A DNA stretch of 64,000 bases from Candidatus Marinacidobacterales bacterium (lineage in GTDB: Bacteria > Acidobacteriota > Vicinamibacteria > Marinacidobacterales > DATDRI01): positions 1,472,001-1,536,000 of the forward strand of contig OZ245365.1 of the NCBI GenBank assembly GCA_965226495.1, in the 5' to 3' direction. The number at the start of each line of letters is the position of its first letter. Positions within the stretch are counted from its first letter, which is position 1. Of the stretch, positions 10,245-20,117 are shown piece by piece. Under the pieces are notes generated by a model that worked only from the letters and a program-made list of their open reading frames with translations, did no database searches and was not told where the DNA came from. Position numbers and translations under genes: made by a program.

Positions 10245-11210
10245 TTACTCTAGGGACGGGTCGTTGAGGATCGCGGTGAGTTTGTCGCTATCGATGCTTC
10301 CGCCCGAGATCACCGCCACACACTTGCCTCTCTTCTCCTGAGGCATGGCTATCGCCGCCGCGGCAGAAAGCGCGCCGGCGCCTTCGACGATCATCTTGTT
10401 GCCGAGCGCCAGATGGCGAATCATCCGCTTGACGTCGGTCTCGGAGACGAGCACGACATCGTCCACGAGCTCCCGCAGGAGGGGAAACATCTCTTCCGTG
10501 ATGTAGGGGACTGCGACGCCGTCACAAATCGTATCGCAATCAACCGACGTGGGTTTCCCGGCTTCGAAGCTCGCATGAAGTGACGGGCAGCCTTGCGGCT
10601 CCACAGCGATCACCTGCACCGAAGGCTTGAGGGCTTTGAGCGCGCTTGCCACTCCCGCGATCAAACCGCCCCCGCCCACCGAGACGAAAACTGAGTGGAC
10701 GTCGGGGCAATCCGCAAGAATCTCGAGCCCGATACTCGCGTGACCGATCATGACGTTTTGGTTGGTCCATGGATGAACGTAGGCGTATGGTTCCGATTCC
10801 CACCCGTGCTCGCGAAGATAGCGGAAGAGCTCGTCGACCGGCACCAGGACCGGCGTCGCACCGTAGGCGCGGACCGCTTCGATCTTGGAGCGCGGGGCGC
10901 CTTCAGGCATCAGACTCCTCGCGGAAACCCCGAAATAGCGTGCCGCCCACGCGAGTGCCTGTGCGGTGTTGCCGGCACTGACCGTACTCAAGCCTTTTTG
11001 GCGTTCGTCGTCGCTGAGACAAGCGACGGCATTGAACACTCCACGTAGCTTGAACGAAGTCACCGCCTGATGAATCTCGGGCTTTAGGAGAATGTCGCTC
11101 GTCGACTCGAAGGAATGAAGCGGCACCAACGGCGTCTCGACGATGACGTTCCGTATACGATCGGCGGCCTGCCGGATGTCGTCGAGCGAAGGTCTGGTGG
11201 CGAGTCCCAT
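10245..11210 (-). CDS. PLP-dependent threonine/serine dehydratase family protein
   Basis: SFKLRG PLP lysine, SAGNTAQA, VGGGGL, ISGGS; start taken at MGLATRPS. Confidence 0.88.
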   Translation of the reverse strand: MGLATRPSLDDIRQAADRIRNVIVETPLVPLHSFESTSDILLKPEIHQAVTSFKLRGVFNAVACLSDDERQKGLSTVSAGNTAQALAWAARYFGVSARSLMPEGAPRSKIEAVRAYGATPVLVPVDELFRYLREHGWESEPYAYVHPWTNQNVMIGHASIGLEILADCPDVHSVFVSVGGGGLIAGVASALKALKPSVQVIAVEPQGCPSLHASFEAGKPTSVDCDTICDGVAVPYITEEMFPLLRELVDDVVLVSETDVKRMIRHLALGNKMIVEGAGALSAAAAIAMPQEKRGKCVAVISGGSIDSDKLTAILNDPSLE

Positions 11211-11274
11211 GGGCGAGTCAGTATGAAGGAAGCCGCAGTCTCTCGTCCACCCGAAAGCGCTACACTTGATAGCG

Positions 11275-12834
11275 GTGCAACTAAAGGATTTGGTTGAGAC
11301 TTCTAGGCGGGTTTCGGAGACGAGCGGTCGGCTCGCAAAAATCGGGCTGCTCGCGGAGCTTCTGAAGCGCTTTGCAGAGGAAGAGATGGCCATCGGCACG
11401 CTCTATCTCACGGGAGAGCTTCCCCAAGGTCGGATCGGTGTCGGTTGGTCCGCAGTACGGAATGCAACCCCGAAGACCGCAGCCGATACACCAAGCCTGA
11501 AGCTTCTCGACGTGGACCGTTCCTTCGATGCCATCGCCGGTACGACCGGACGTGGCTCCGCGGCGGACCGCGCTCTCATTCTCTATCGTTTGCTCGCGCG
11601 CGGCACGCAGGAAGAGCAGATATTCCTGACGCGGCTCATCATGGGTGAGCTCCGTCAAGGCGCTCTGGAAGGCGTGATGGTAGAGGCAGTGGCCAAGGCC
11701 TCTGAAGTTCCGGCACGAGCGGTGCGAAGGGCGTTCATGTTCGCCGGGGATCTCGGCGCGGTCGCTCAAACCGCTGTCAACGAGGGAGCCGAGGGTCTAG
11801 AGCGCATCGGTATCCAGCTCTTCCGTCCCATCAAACCGATGCTGGCGCAGACCGCCGAGTCTGTCAGCGAAGCGCTCGAGCGTTTGGAAACCGCCGCGTT
11901 CGAGTTCAAATTGGACGGCGCTCGGGTCCAGGCTCATAAGAGGGGAGAGGACGTTCGACTCTTCACCCGTCGTTTGAACGACGTCACGCCCGCGGTGCCC
12001 GAGATCGTCGAGAGGGTGCGTGCCCTGGCGGCGGAGGAGATCATTCTAGATGGGGAGACGCTGGCGCTCCGCTCGGACGGCTCGCCGCAGCCGTTTCAAA
12101 TCACGATGCGACGGTTCGGGCGCCGACTCGATGTCGCGGCGATGCGCGAAGAACTGCCTCTCACGACATTTTTCTTCGACTGTCTGTACCTAGATGGAGC
12201 GAGTTGGGTCGACCGACCGGCCGAAGAGCGTTACGAGGCCCTCTCGAGTGTCGTTTCTTCGGACCAATTGGTCCCGCGCCGAGTGACGGCCCAGCCGGAC
12301 GAGGCTGCCTCCTTCGAACGTCAGGCGCTCGAAGCGGGACACGAAGGGCTCATGGCGAAAGCGTTGGACGCACCCTATGAGGCGGGCGGACGCGGTCGAA
12401 GTTGGCTCAAAGTAAAACGAGCGCACACGCTCGACCTCATCGTCATGGCCGCGGAGTGGGGGAGCGGTCGCCGCCGCGGATGGCTCAGCAACCTGCACCT
12501 CGGAGCACGTGACCCAGCTACCGGCGAACCGGTGATGTTAGGGAAGACCTTCAAAGGAATGACGGACGAGATACTGGAGTGGCAAACGAAACGACTTCAG
12601 GAGTTGGAAACATCGCGCGACCGCTTCACGATCTACGTCCGCCCGGAGCTTGTGGTGGAAATCGCGTTCAACAATATCCAGGCCAGCCCGCAGTATCCGG
12701 CGGGCCTGGCGCTTCGTTTCGCGCGCGTAAAGGGCTACCGCCCCGACAAATCACCGAAAGAAGCCGACACCGTGGACGCGGTGCGGGCGATTCACGAGGC
12801 TAGCCTGGGCGCTTCAAAAGGAAGTACTGATTGA
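11275..12834 (+). CDS. ATP-dependent DNA ligase (LigB type)
   Basis: EFKLDGARVQAH motif I, EGLMAK, WLKVK, ALRFARV. Confidence 0.93.
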   Translation: MQLKDLVETSRRVSETSGRLAKIGLLAELLKRFAEEEMAIGTLYLTGELPQGRIGVGWSAVRNATPKTAADTPSLKLLDVDRSFDAIAGTTGRGSAADRALILYRLLARGTQEEQIFLTRLIMGELRQGALEGVMVEAVAKASEVPARAVRRAFMFAGDLGAVAQTAVNEGAEGLERIGIQLFRPIKPMLAQTAESVSEALERLETAAFEFKLDGARVQAHKRGEDVRLFTRRLNDVTPAVPEIVERVRALAAEEIILDGETLALRSDGSPQPFQITMRRFGRRLDVAAMREELPLTTFFFDCLYLDGASWVDRPAEERYEALSSVVSSDQLVPRRVTAQPDEAASFERQALEAGHEGLMAKALDAPYEAGGRGRSWLKVKRAHTLDLIVMAAEWGSGRRRGWLSNLHLGARDPATGEPVMLGKTFKGMTDEILEWQTKRLQELETSRDRFTIYVRPELVVEIAFNNIQASPQYPAGLALRFARVKGYRPDKSPKEADTVDAVRAIHEASLGASKGSTD

Positions 12835-13543
12835 GATCATTCGTCCGCCCGTCCGCGGTAAAGACCTCGAAGCACTCCAAGGGTTGGGAGGACACCAGCC
12901 GCGCGCTTTCGTCGCTGTCAGTGAAATGACAGTAGCGATACGCCGGCTCCGCATCTCCCCAAGAGAGGATGTGATCGCCCGGCTCGAGCTGGGATGAATC
13001 GATCTCGGCCCCAGTCGAGGCGAGGAACGTGTCCCAAGGGATGAGCTTCTTTCTAAATCTCTCGAAGCGGCCGAATTGCCAGATCGAGAAAGCGAGGATC
13101 CCGTCGGGCTCGAGTAGACGGCCGAGCTCGATGAGCAATGAGCGCCGCGTGTCGAAGCCTGGCACATGATGGAGAAAGCCAAAGAGCGTGATCAGCGAAA
13201 ACGACCCGGCTGGTTCGTCGATTCCCGTCATCACGTCGTGATCTTTCAGCGTGATGGTGGGAAGGTCGGATAGTTTCGCGCGAGCGTGCTCGAGCGCAGT
13301 TGGACTGAATTCGACACCCATGTAGCTGAACGGCGATTCTAGATGCTCGCTGAGAAAGACGGCGAATCGCCCGTTGCCACATCCCACATCGAGAACGGAG
13401 AGGGTTTGTTTCTCCCCAATGAATGGCAGCAGTCGGAGCCAGCCCCGCCACGGCCTCCGACGCGTCGCGCTAAACTCGTCCGCACGTTGGGTGTAGAAGT
13501 CCCGGTTGATCTGGTTGAGTGCTAAAATGGTGGCCCGATCCAT
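12800..13543 (-). CDS. Class I SAM methyltransferase with Trm9/ALKBH8-like motifs
   Basis: FYTQRADEFSATRRRPW, VLDVGCGNG, FLHHVP, FSIW, RYCHF; start taken at MDRATIL. Confidence 0.8.
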   Translation of the reverse strand: MDRATILALNQINRDFYTQRADEFSATRRRPWRGWLRLLPFIGEKQTLSVLDVGCGNGRFAVFLSEHLESPFSYMGVEFSPTALEHARAKLSDLPTITLKDHDVMTGIDEPAGSFSLITLFGFLHHVPGFDTRRSLLIELGRLLEPDGILAFSIWQFGRFERFRKKLIPWDTFLASTGAEIDSSQLEPGDHILSWGDAEPAYRYCHFTDSDESARLVSSQPLECFEVFTADGRTNDLNQYFLLKRPG

Positions 13544-13554
13544 CGGTTGAGTGT

Positions 13555-15333
13555 ATGAAAAAAGCGACATGGTTGGCACCGTATCATTTTTCACCCGAGC
13601 TCCATGAGCGGGAGCTCCGCGCCATCATTCAAGAGGTCGAAGACTGTCCCGATGTTCAAGGGAAGACGCTCGACCGTATTCTCCGAAAATACCCCAAGGG
13701 CGGAAAGGCTTTTTTTTCCAAGAGCGAGATCATCCAGGGGTATCGCCACCTGGCCGAGCGCGACGGATGGTCGGGCGATGCTGATCTTTTCATCGAAAAG
13801 CTCAAGATGAAGCCGGTGCGCACGCTGAGCGGCGTCACCCCAGTAACGGTGCTGACCAAACCGTTTCCTTGTCCTGGCCAATGCATTTTCTGTCCTAACG
13901 ATGTGCGGATGCCCAAGAGCTACCTGTCCTTGGAGCCGGGTGCGCAGCGAGCTGCTCAGCACCAGTTCGATCCCTATGAGCAGACGCACTCCCGGCTCAG
14001 CGCTCTTCGGCGAATGGGGCACCGGTTGGAGAAGATCGAGCTCATCATCCTGGGAGGGACTTGGTCTTTCTATCCCGAAGGCTACCAGCGATGGTTCATT
14101 CGTCGATGTTTCGAAGCGATGAACGACTTCGGTGAGGGTGACTCGTCGAACGGCTCCGTGCGTCATCCTGTCGACTACGAAGAGCTCCGCGAGCAAGTAG
14201 ACGGTCGGTTCGAGACCAATCCCTACAACGACATCGTTTCCGGATTCCTGCGCTCCAAGGAAAACGGCGAGCTGGTGCACGAATCGGAGTTCTCGACTAT
14301 CGAAGCGCTCGAGGAGGCACAACGGGTGAACGAAACGGCCCGCCATAGATGTATTGGGCTTTCCGTCGAGACACGGCCGGACTATGTTTCCGAAGAGGAG
14401 GTCGAGCGGATTCGAACGCTAGGCGCAACGAGGGTGCAGATCGGTATCCAAAGCCTTTCGGACGAAGTCCTCTCGCTCAACAAGCGAGGCCACGACGTAG
14501 CGACCACTCGCAGAGCGGTTCGAATGCTGAGGGAGGCCGGTTTCAAGATCCAGGCTCACTGGATGCCGAACCTCTACGGCTCAACCCCGGAGCTTGATGT
14601 CGAAGATTTCGAACGCCTCTTTAGCGATCCAGACTTTCGACCCGACGAGCTCAAGATCTATCCGTGTAGTTTGATCGAAAGCGCCGAGCTGATGGTTCCC
14701 TACGAAGCAGGGAAGTGGAAGCCCTACACTCATGACGAGCTTCTGCATGTCTTGGTCGAATGCCTCCGGCGAGTACCGAGTTATTGCCGCGTGAGTCGGG
14801 TGATCCGGGACATCCCGGGCGACGACATCTTGGATGGCAACAAAACATCGAACTTCCGAGGTATTGCCGAAGCGGAGTTGGTGGCAAGGGGACTCCAGTG
14901 CGAAGACATTCGGAGTCGCGAGATCCGCGGCGAGCGGGTCCCAGCCGAGGACCTTCAGCTGGACGAGATTCGCTACGAGAGCTCCATTGGAGAAGAAGTC
15001 TTTCTGCAATACATCGACGACCATCGCCGCATCGCCGGGTTCCTGCGGCTCGCTCTGCCCACACGAGAAGCCTTCATCGATGAGATCCGCGAGAGCGCCA
15101 TGATCCGGGAAGTGCACGTCTATGGTGCGACCGCTCGCCTTGGCGAGAAGGATGAGCTCAAGACGCAGCACATCGGTTTGGGTCGGAGTCTCATCCTTCG
15201 CGCGGAAGAGCTGGCTCGCGAGGCTGGCTTTGCGAGCCTGGCCGTCATCTCGAGCGTTGGCACCAAGGAGTACTACCGGCGCCTCGGTTTCCACGACCGC
15301 CGTCTCTACCAGCACAAAAACCTCGTTTCCTGA
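13555..15333 (+). CDS. elp3: Elp3-family tRNA uridine(34) carboxymethyltransferase (radical SAM + KAT)
   Basis: KPVRTLSGVTPV, CPGQCIFCP, PKSY, GGTW, ETRPD, RVIRDIP, REVHVYG, QHIGLG, VGTKEYYRRLG. Confidence 0.93.
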   Translation: MKKATWLAPYHFSPELHERELRAIIQEVEDCPDVQGKTLDRILRKYPKGGKAFFSKSEIIQGYRHLAERDGWSGDADLFIEKLKMKPVRTLSGVTPVTVLTKPFPCPGQCIFCPNDVRMPKSYLSLEPGAQRAAQHQFDPYEQTHSRLSALRRMGHRLEKIELIILGGTWSFYPEGYQRWFIRRCFEAMNDFGEGDSSNGSVRHPVDYEELREQVDGRFETNPYNDIVSGFLRSKENGELVHESEFSTIEALEEAQRVNETARHRCIGLSVETRPDYVSEEEVERIRTLGATRVQIGIQSLSDEVLSLNKRGHDVATTRRAVRMLREAGFKIQAHWMPNLYGSTPELDVEDFERLFSDPDFRPDELKIYPCSLIESAELMVPYEAGKWKPYTHDELLHVLVECLRRVPSYCRVSRVIRDIPGDDILDGNKTSNFRGIAEAELVARGLQCEDIRSREIRGERVPAEDLQLDEIRYESSIGEEVFLQYIDDHRRIAGFLRLALPTREAFIDEIRESAMIREVHVYGATARLGEKDELKTQHIGLGRSLILRAEELAREAGFASLAVISSVGTKEYYRRLGFHDRRLYQHKNLVS

Positions 15334-15347
15334 ACGGGAGAACGAAG

Positions 15348-16499
15348 ATGAAATCCATGGTTTGTCTTTTTCTAGTATTTTTCTATGCGCCATCGACTTG
15401 GGCCGAGCCAAAACCGCGGGCCCGCGACTTGGGGATCCCGTTCGAAGGCACGCCCGGCGCTTTGAACGCCATCACCGATGTGGCCGGCGTGGAGGTCGGC
15501 CACACGACGCTTATCGAAGGTGAGGACGTGCGCACCGGTGTGACGGTCATTCTTCCGAGAGGGGAGAGTTCCAAGGATCCCGTCTTTGCCGGCTGGTTTT
15601 CACTCAACGGCAATGGTGAGATGACCGGGACGACCTGGGTGGAAGAGTCCGGGTTTCTCGAAGGACCCATCGCGATCACCAACACTCATAGCGTGGGAGT
15701 CGTTCGGGACGCGATCATCCAATGGCAGGCGAAGGAAGACACACTCTTTCAACCATGGTCTCTGCCGGTTGTGGCGGAGACTTACGACGGCTGGCTCAAC
15801 GATATCAACGGGTTCCACGTCAAAGCCGAGCATGTTTTCGAGGCGCTTAGCGTTGCGGCGTCGGGGCCGGTCGCGGAGGGCAACGTCGGCGGCGGCACGG
15901 GCATGATTACCTACGGATTCAAAGGTGGCATCGGGACGTCGTCGCGCAGGCTGAGTGCAGAACAAGGCGGATACACGGTCGGCGTCTTGGTTCAGTCGAA
16001 TTTTGGATCCCGACCCTTACTGCGCGTCGCCGGAGTTCCGGTCGGTCGAGAGCTGGGGTGCGACGAAGTGCCCTGTCCCTCATGGGGACGACCCCGGCCC
16101 CAGCGGGAGGGCTCCATCATTATTGTCGTCGCGACGGATGCTCCCCTGCTTGCGCACCAAGTGAAGCGTCTCGGCCGGCGCGCCGCTCTCGGACTAGCGA
16201 GAACCGGGAGCATCTCCGGTAACGGATCGGGCGACATCTTCATGGCTTTTTCGACAGCCAATCCCGGCGCGGCGGGCGCGAAGGACCTGGCTCAGTTGAA
16301 AATGCTTCCTAACGGACGATTGGGGCCTGTCTTCCAGGCGACCGTCGAAGCCACCGAGGAGGCCATCATTAATGCAATGATGGCCTCGGAGACCATCGTG
16401 GGAAGGGACGACCACAAGGTGGTCGCTCTCCCACATGACGAGGTGCGGGCCGTGATGCGGAAGTACGGTCGGCTCGTCGAGAACGCTTCTCAGGACTGA
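15348..16499 (+). CDS. DmpA/P1-family aminopeptidase with signal peptide
   Basis: RARDLGI, NAITDVAGVEVGH, GNVGGGTGM, GNGSGD autoprocessing site. Confidence 0.9.
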   Translation: MKSMVCLFLVFFYAPSTWAEPKPRARDLGIPFEGTPGALNAITDVAGVEVGHTTLIEGEDVRTGVTVILPRGESSKDPVFAGWFSLNGNGEMTGTTWVEESGFLEGPIAITNTHSVGVVRDAIIQWQAKEDTLFQPWSLPVVAETYDGWLNDINGFHVKAEHVFEALSVAASGPVAEGNVGGGTGMITYGFKGGIGTSSRRLSAEQGGYTVGVLVQSNFGSRPLLRVAGVPVGRELGCDEVPCPSWGRPRPQREGSIIIVVATDAPLLAHQVKRLGRRAALGLARTGSISGNGSGDIFMAFSTANPGAAGAKDLAQLKMLPNGRLGPVFQATVEATEEAIINAMMASETIVGRDDHKVVALPHDEVRAVMRKYGRLVENASQD

Positions 16500-16571
16500 G
16501 GGATCTCCTTGAGATTCCGAGGCCCGGTCTGTTAGCGAGCTGTGCTTATGGCTCGCCGCGGCTATGCTCCC

Positions 16572-16625
16572 TTGCAATACATACTTTGTTTCGAGATAAT
16601 CCCTTACGGGGGGATTTATCCGAAA
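16572..16625 (+). promoter_or_regulatory. Sigma70 promoter overlapped by inverted repeat (probable AbiEi operator)
   Basis: TTGCAA-17 bp-GATAAT; imperfect IR TTTCGAGATAATCCC / GGGATTTATCCGAAA. Confidence 0.55.
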
Positions 16626-16634
16626 TAGAATACA

Positions 16635-17435
16635 ATGGGCAAAACGCTAGGCGCACTAGAGACGCGGTTTTTCGCATATATCCAGCTGCGAAAACTCAAA
16701 TCGGTGGAGATTGGCGACCTGACGAGAGCCCTCGGCCTGTCACCAACCCAGGAACGGAAACTGTTGAGTCGTTTGTCACAGGCGGGCTTGATTGCCCGCG
16801 TTCGTCGCGGGCTCTATTTGGTGCCGCCCCGGCTCCCGTCTGGCGGAAAGTGGAGCCCGGGCGAATTTCTGGCGTTGACCACGCTCATCGGGGACCAAGG
16901 CGGCCGCTATCAGATCTGTGGACCGAATGCGTTCTACCGGTATGGTTGGGACGAGCAAGTACTCAACCGTGTCTATGCCTATAACAATCGGCTCTCTGGA
17001 GAACGTAGCATCGGTCCCGTCGCGCTGACTTTAGTAAGGGTCTCGGACGAACGCCTCGGCGCGACTGAGGTCGCGAGAACGCCCGAAGGGATCGACGTAG
17101 TTTATTCGTCCAAGCCTCGCTCGCTGATAGACGCGGTTTATGACTGGTCCCGATTCAATAGTCTACCGCGAGCATACGAATGGATGCGCGCGGAGCTGGC
17201 CAAGGACAGTAAGATCGCAAGCGAATTGGTAAGCGCAGGCCTTCGCTACGGCAATCAGGGAACGCTGCGGCGTATCGGGAAACTCCTCGAAACGCAGGCT
17301 GCGCCAGAGTCGCTGCTGCGGAAGTTGGAACAACAGCTCCGACCATCGTCCAGTCTCATTCCGTGGGTCCCGACTCTCCCGAAACGGGGAGGGGCAGATC
17401 GCCGTTGGGGCGTCATTTTGAACGACGCGTGGTGA
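16635..17435 (+). CDS. Type IV TA antitoxin, AbiEi family
   Basis: N-terminal wHTH (LSRLSQAGLIARVRRGLYLVP), RSLIDAVYD; directly upstream of AbiEii-like gene. Confidence 0.8.
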   Translation: MGKTLGALETRFFAYIQLRKLKSVEIGDLTRALGLSPTQERKLLSRLSQAGLIARVRRGLYLVPPRLPSGGKWSPGEFLALTTLIGDQGGRYQICGPNAFYRYGWDEQVLNRVYAYNNRLSGERSIGPVALTLVRVSDERLGATEVARTPEGIDVVYSSKPRSLIDAVYDWSRFNSLPRAYEWMRAELAKDSKIASELVSAGLRYGNQGTLRRIGKLLETQAAPESLLRKLEQQLRPSSSLIPWVPTLPKRGGADRRWGVILNDAW

Positions 17436-17442
17436 TAGCCAA

Positions 17443-18334
17443 ATGGCAAATTACCACGAAGACAATGATCTGTTCCGGGAAGCGTTGACCTATACCGAAT
17501 CGGACACCGGCTTTAGCGCGCGGTTGATCGAAAAAGACTACTACTGCTCGATCCTACTCCGCGATCTGGGCAGGGCCTTCGAAAGAGGGCTAGTTTTCAA
17601 AGGTGGCACTTGTCTGAGCAAGGTCCACGCGGGCTTTTATCGCATGAGTGAGGACCTCGATTTCGCCATTCCAGTATCCTCGAACACGTCGCGCGCCAAG
17701 CGACGGGCCAGTGTTGCACCGCTAAAGCGAGAGTTTGACGGATTGCCGACGCGGCTTCCTTGTTTTCGAACTGTCGAGGCGCTGCGTGGATTCAATCTTA
17801 ATAAGCAGTACATCGGGCGGTATTGTTATCGCTCCGGTGTAACCGGGCAAGATGAGTTCATCAAGGTTGAACTTAGCGTCAGAGAGCCAATTCTCGATCC
17901 GGTGGAACGAAAGCCTGCGCGTACTTTGCTCGAGGACCCTCTGAGAAACGAGCCTGCCGTTACGGCGTTTTCCGTCCACGTGTTGTCGTTTCTAGAAGCG
18001 TACGCTGAAAAGTGTCGGGCCGCGTTGACGCGAAGAACGCCCGCAATCCGTGACTTCTACGACATTGATCATGCCGTTCGCACCCAAAAGCTAGGTCCAG
18101 CCGATACCGGCCTACTGAAGCTTGTGCGCAAGAAGCTCGTTGTGCCCGGAAATTCTGCGATCGACTCTTCTCAACAGAAGCTAGACGTTCTGACCAGGCA
18201 ACTAGAGTCAGAGTGCCGGCCCGGCGAGGCGGGGGGAGGGGAGGCTGAAGCCTGTCTTGCGGGCGAAAGATTTCGAAAGGTTTGACCTCGATCGAGCTTT
18301 TGGAATCGTCAGGAGCCTCGCTGAGGCTCTCTAG
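17443..18334 (+). pseudogene. AbiEii nucleotidyltransferase toxin, C-terminus frameshifted by 31-bp insertion
   Basis: IEKDYY, VFKGGTCLSK, RMSEDLDF, AEKCRAA, RDFYDI; ORF ends at 18285, but removing 18214-18244 restores LKPVLRAKDFERFDLDRAFGIVRSLAEAL to TAG at 18334. Confidence 0.75.
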
Positions 18335-18367
18335 TGCCGGCCCGGCGAGGCGGGGGGAGGGGAGGCT
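18212..18367. repeat. 35-bp direct repeat AGTGCCGGCCCGGCGAGGCGGGGGGAGGGGAGGCT
   Basis: Copies at 18212-18246 and 18333-18367. Confidence 0.92.
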
Positions 18368-18418
18368 CGAAATCGTTTACAGGTCGCTTGGAGTCACCTG
18401 CAAACCGATAATACCCTG

Positions 18419-20116
18419 TTGACTACGATGATTACGACTGCTTTCGTTCGTCGGGTATTGCTGTTGCTGCTGGCTGCGGCGCCAGCGTCAACCGTGCTCG
18501 CAGAAGACAAAGGCGGCGCTGTCCGCCTCGTTCTGCAGCTAACGGTGGACGGGCTTCGGGCCGACTTGCTGGCACGCAATGCCGACCGCTTCGGCGAGGG
18601 TGGATTCCGTTTCCTCCTCGAAAAGGGAACGGTATTTGCCAACGCGCATTACCAGCACGCTAACACGGAGACGATCGTTGGGCACGCAACACTGGCGACC
18701 GGTGCGCAGCCATCGGTCCATGGCATGACCGGCAACGTCTGGTATGACGCGGAAGCGGGTGAACTGACCTACAACATCGAGGACGCGGACCATCTTTTGC
18801 TGCCGGTTCGCAAAGAGCAGATGACGGGCGACCAGGTAGACCCGGCGCAGAGGTTGGCTCGGACGCAGGGTCGATCCCCGCGGGCGCTGCTCGCCGAAAC
18901 ACTAGCCGACAAGCTCCTTTCCTACACCGGCGGTCGTGCGAAGGTGTACGGCGTCTCGGGCAAGGATCGGAGCGCCGTCGCCATGGCCGGCCAGGGCGGT
19001 AAGGCCTTTTGGTTCTCGACCGACAGCGGTGACTTCGTCACCTCCACTTGGTATTACGACACGTACCCGGACTGGGTTGCCGGGTGGAATGCGGAACGCA
19101 AGGCGGACCGTAGCGCCGAAGCAACTTGGTCCCTGCTGAACGATCCCACGGCCTATCGACTCGCGCACCAGGACGGTCGTCCGTACGAAGCCGACCTGCG
19201 TGGTTACGGTCGAATCTTTCCGCACCAGTTCGGCGCGGCGGGGAACAAGCTGCTTTATACGCAAGTCATCGCGAGTCCGACGGGCGACAGTCTCTTGGCG
19301 GATTTTGCCGAGGTCTTGATCGTTAACGAAGGGTTGGGAAAGGACACAATCCCGGACTACTTATCGGTCAGCTTCTCCGGCGTGGACGCCGTAAATCACT
19401 TCTTCGGTCCCTCCAGTTTGGAGAACGAGGACATGGTGCTTCAGCTAGATCGCACGCTGGTCGACTTCCTCGGCTTCATCGACCGCCATATCGGCCTGGA
19501 CAAAACCCTAATCGTCTTGTCGGCCGATCACGGCATGGCGGAGATGCCGGAGTACATGGCCGAGCGTGGCTTCGATGCAGGGCGACTGACGCCCGATGTC
19601 ATCCAGGCCGCGGTGGATCGAATCACTGACGGGCTGTTTGGACTCGACGGCCTCGTGAAGTTCTACTACCGGCCGTACCTTTATCTCGATAACGATCGCA
19701 TCGTAGCCGCTGAGCTGGATCCGCAGGCGGTTCGGGAACGAGTGGCCGATGCGCTGACGCTCGAGCCCGGCATCCACCTAGCCGTCACCCGGCGGCGAGG
19801 CCTCAACACGCTGCCGAACTCGAAACTTCTTGGACAGATCCGAAACAACTACCACGAGGTTCGCGCCGGCGATATCTACGTCGTCCAGGACCCCTATTGG
19901 TTCAATTTCGACAAGGGCGCGGTGGTCGCCGCGCATGGCTCACCGTGGAACTACGACACTCATGTGCCAGTGATCTTCGTCGGTGACGGGATCCCGACCC
20001 GGGTGGTTCACCGCCGCGTGCAGCCTGCAGATGTGGCTCCTACTATTGCTGCCTTGCTAGGGATGACCCCTCCCGCGTCATCTCAGGGTACTGTCTTGGT
20101 TGAGGTGCTCCAATAA
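18419..20116 (+). CDS. Alkaline phosphatase / nucleotide pyrophosphatase superfamily protein (PafA-like)
   Basis: Signal peptide, TVDGLR, TETIVGHATL (Thr nucleophile), SGKDRSA, DAVNH, SADHG, AHGSPW. Confidence 0.88.
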   Translation: MTTMITTAFVRRVLLLLLAAAPASTVLAEDKGGAVRLVLQLTVDGLRADLLARNADRFGEGGFRFLLEKGTVFANAHYQHANTETIVGHATLATGAQPSVHGMTGNVWYDAEAGELTYNIEDADHLLLPVRKEQMTGDQVDPAQRLARTQGRSPRALLAETLADKLLSYTGGRAKVYGVSGKDRSAVAMAGQGGKAFWFSTDSGDFVTSTWYYDTYPDWVAGWNAERKADRSAEATWSLLNDPTAYRLAHQDGRPYEADLRGYGRIFPHQFGAAGNKLLYTQVIASPTGDSLLADFAEVLIVNEGLGKDTIPDYLSVSFSGVDAVNHFFGPSSLENEDMVLQLDRTLVDFLGFIDRHIGLDKTLIVLSADHGMAEMPEYMAERGFDAGRLTPDVIQAAVDRITDGLFGLDGLVKFYYRPYLYLDNDRIVAAELDPQAVRERVADALTLEPGIHLAVTRRRGLNTLPNSKLLGQIRNNYHEVRAGDIYVVQDPYWFNFDKGAVVAAHGSPWNYDTHVPVIFVGDGIPTRVVHRRVQPADVAPTIAALLGMTPPASSQGTVLVEVLQ

Positions 20117-20117
20117 C

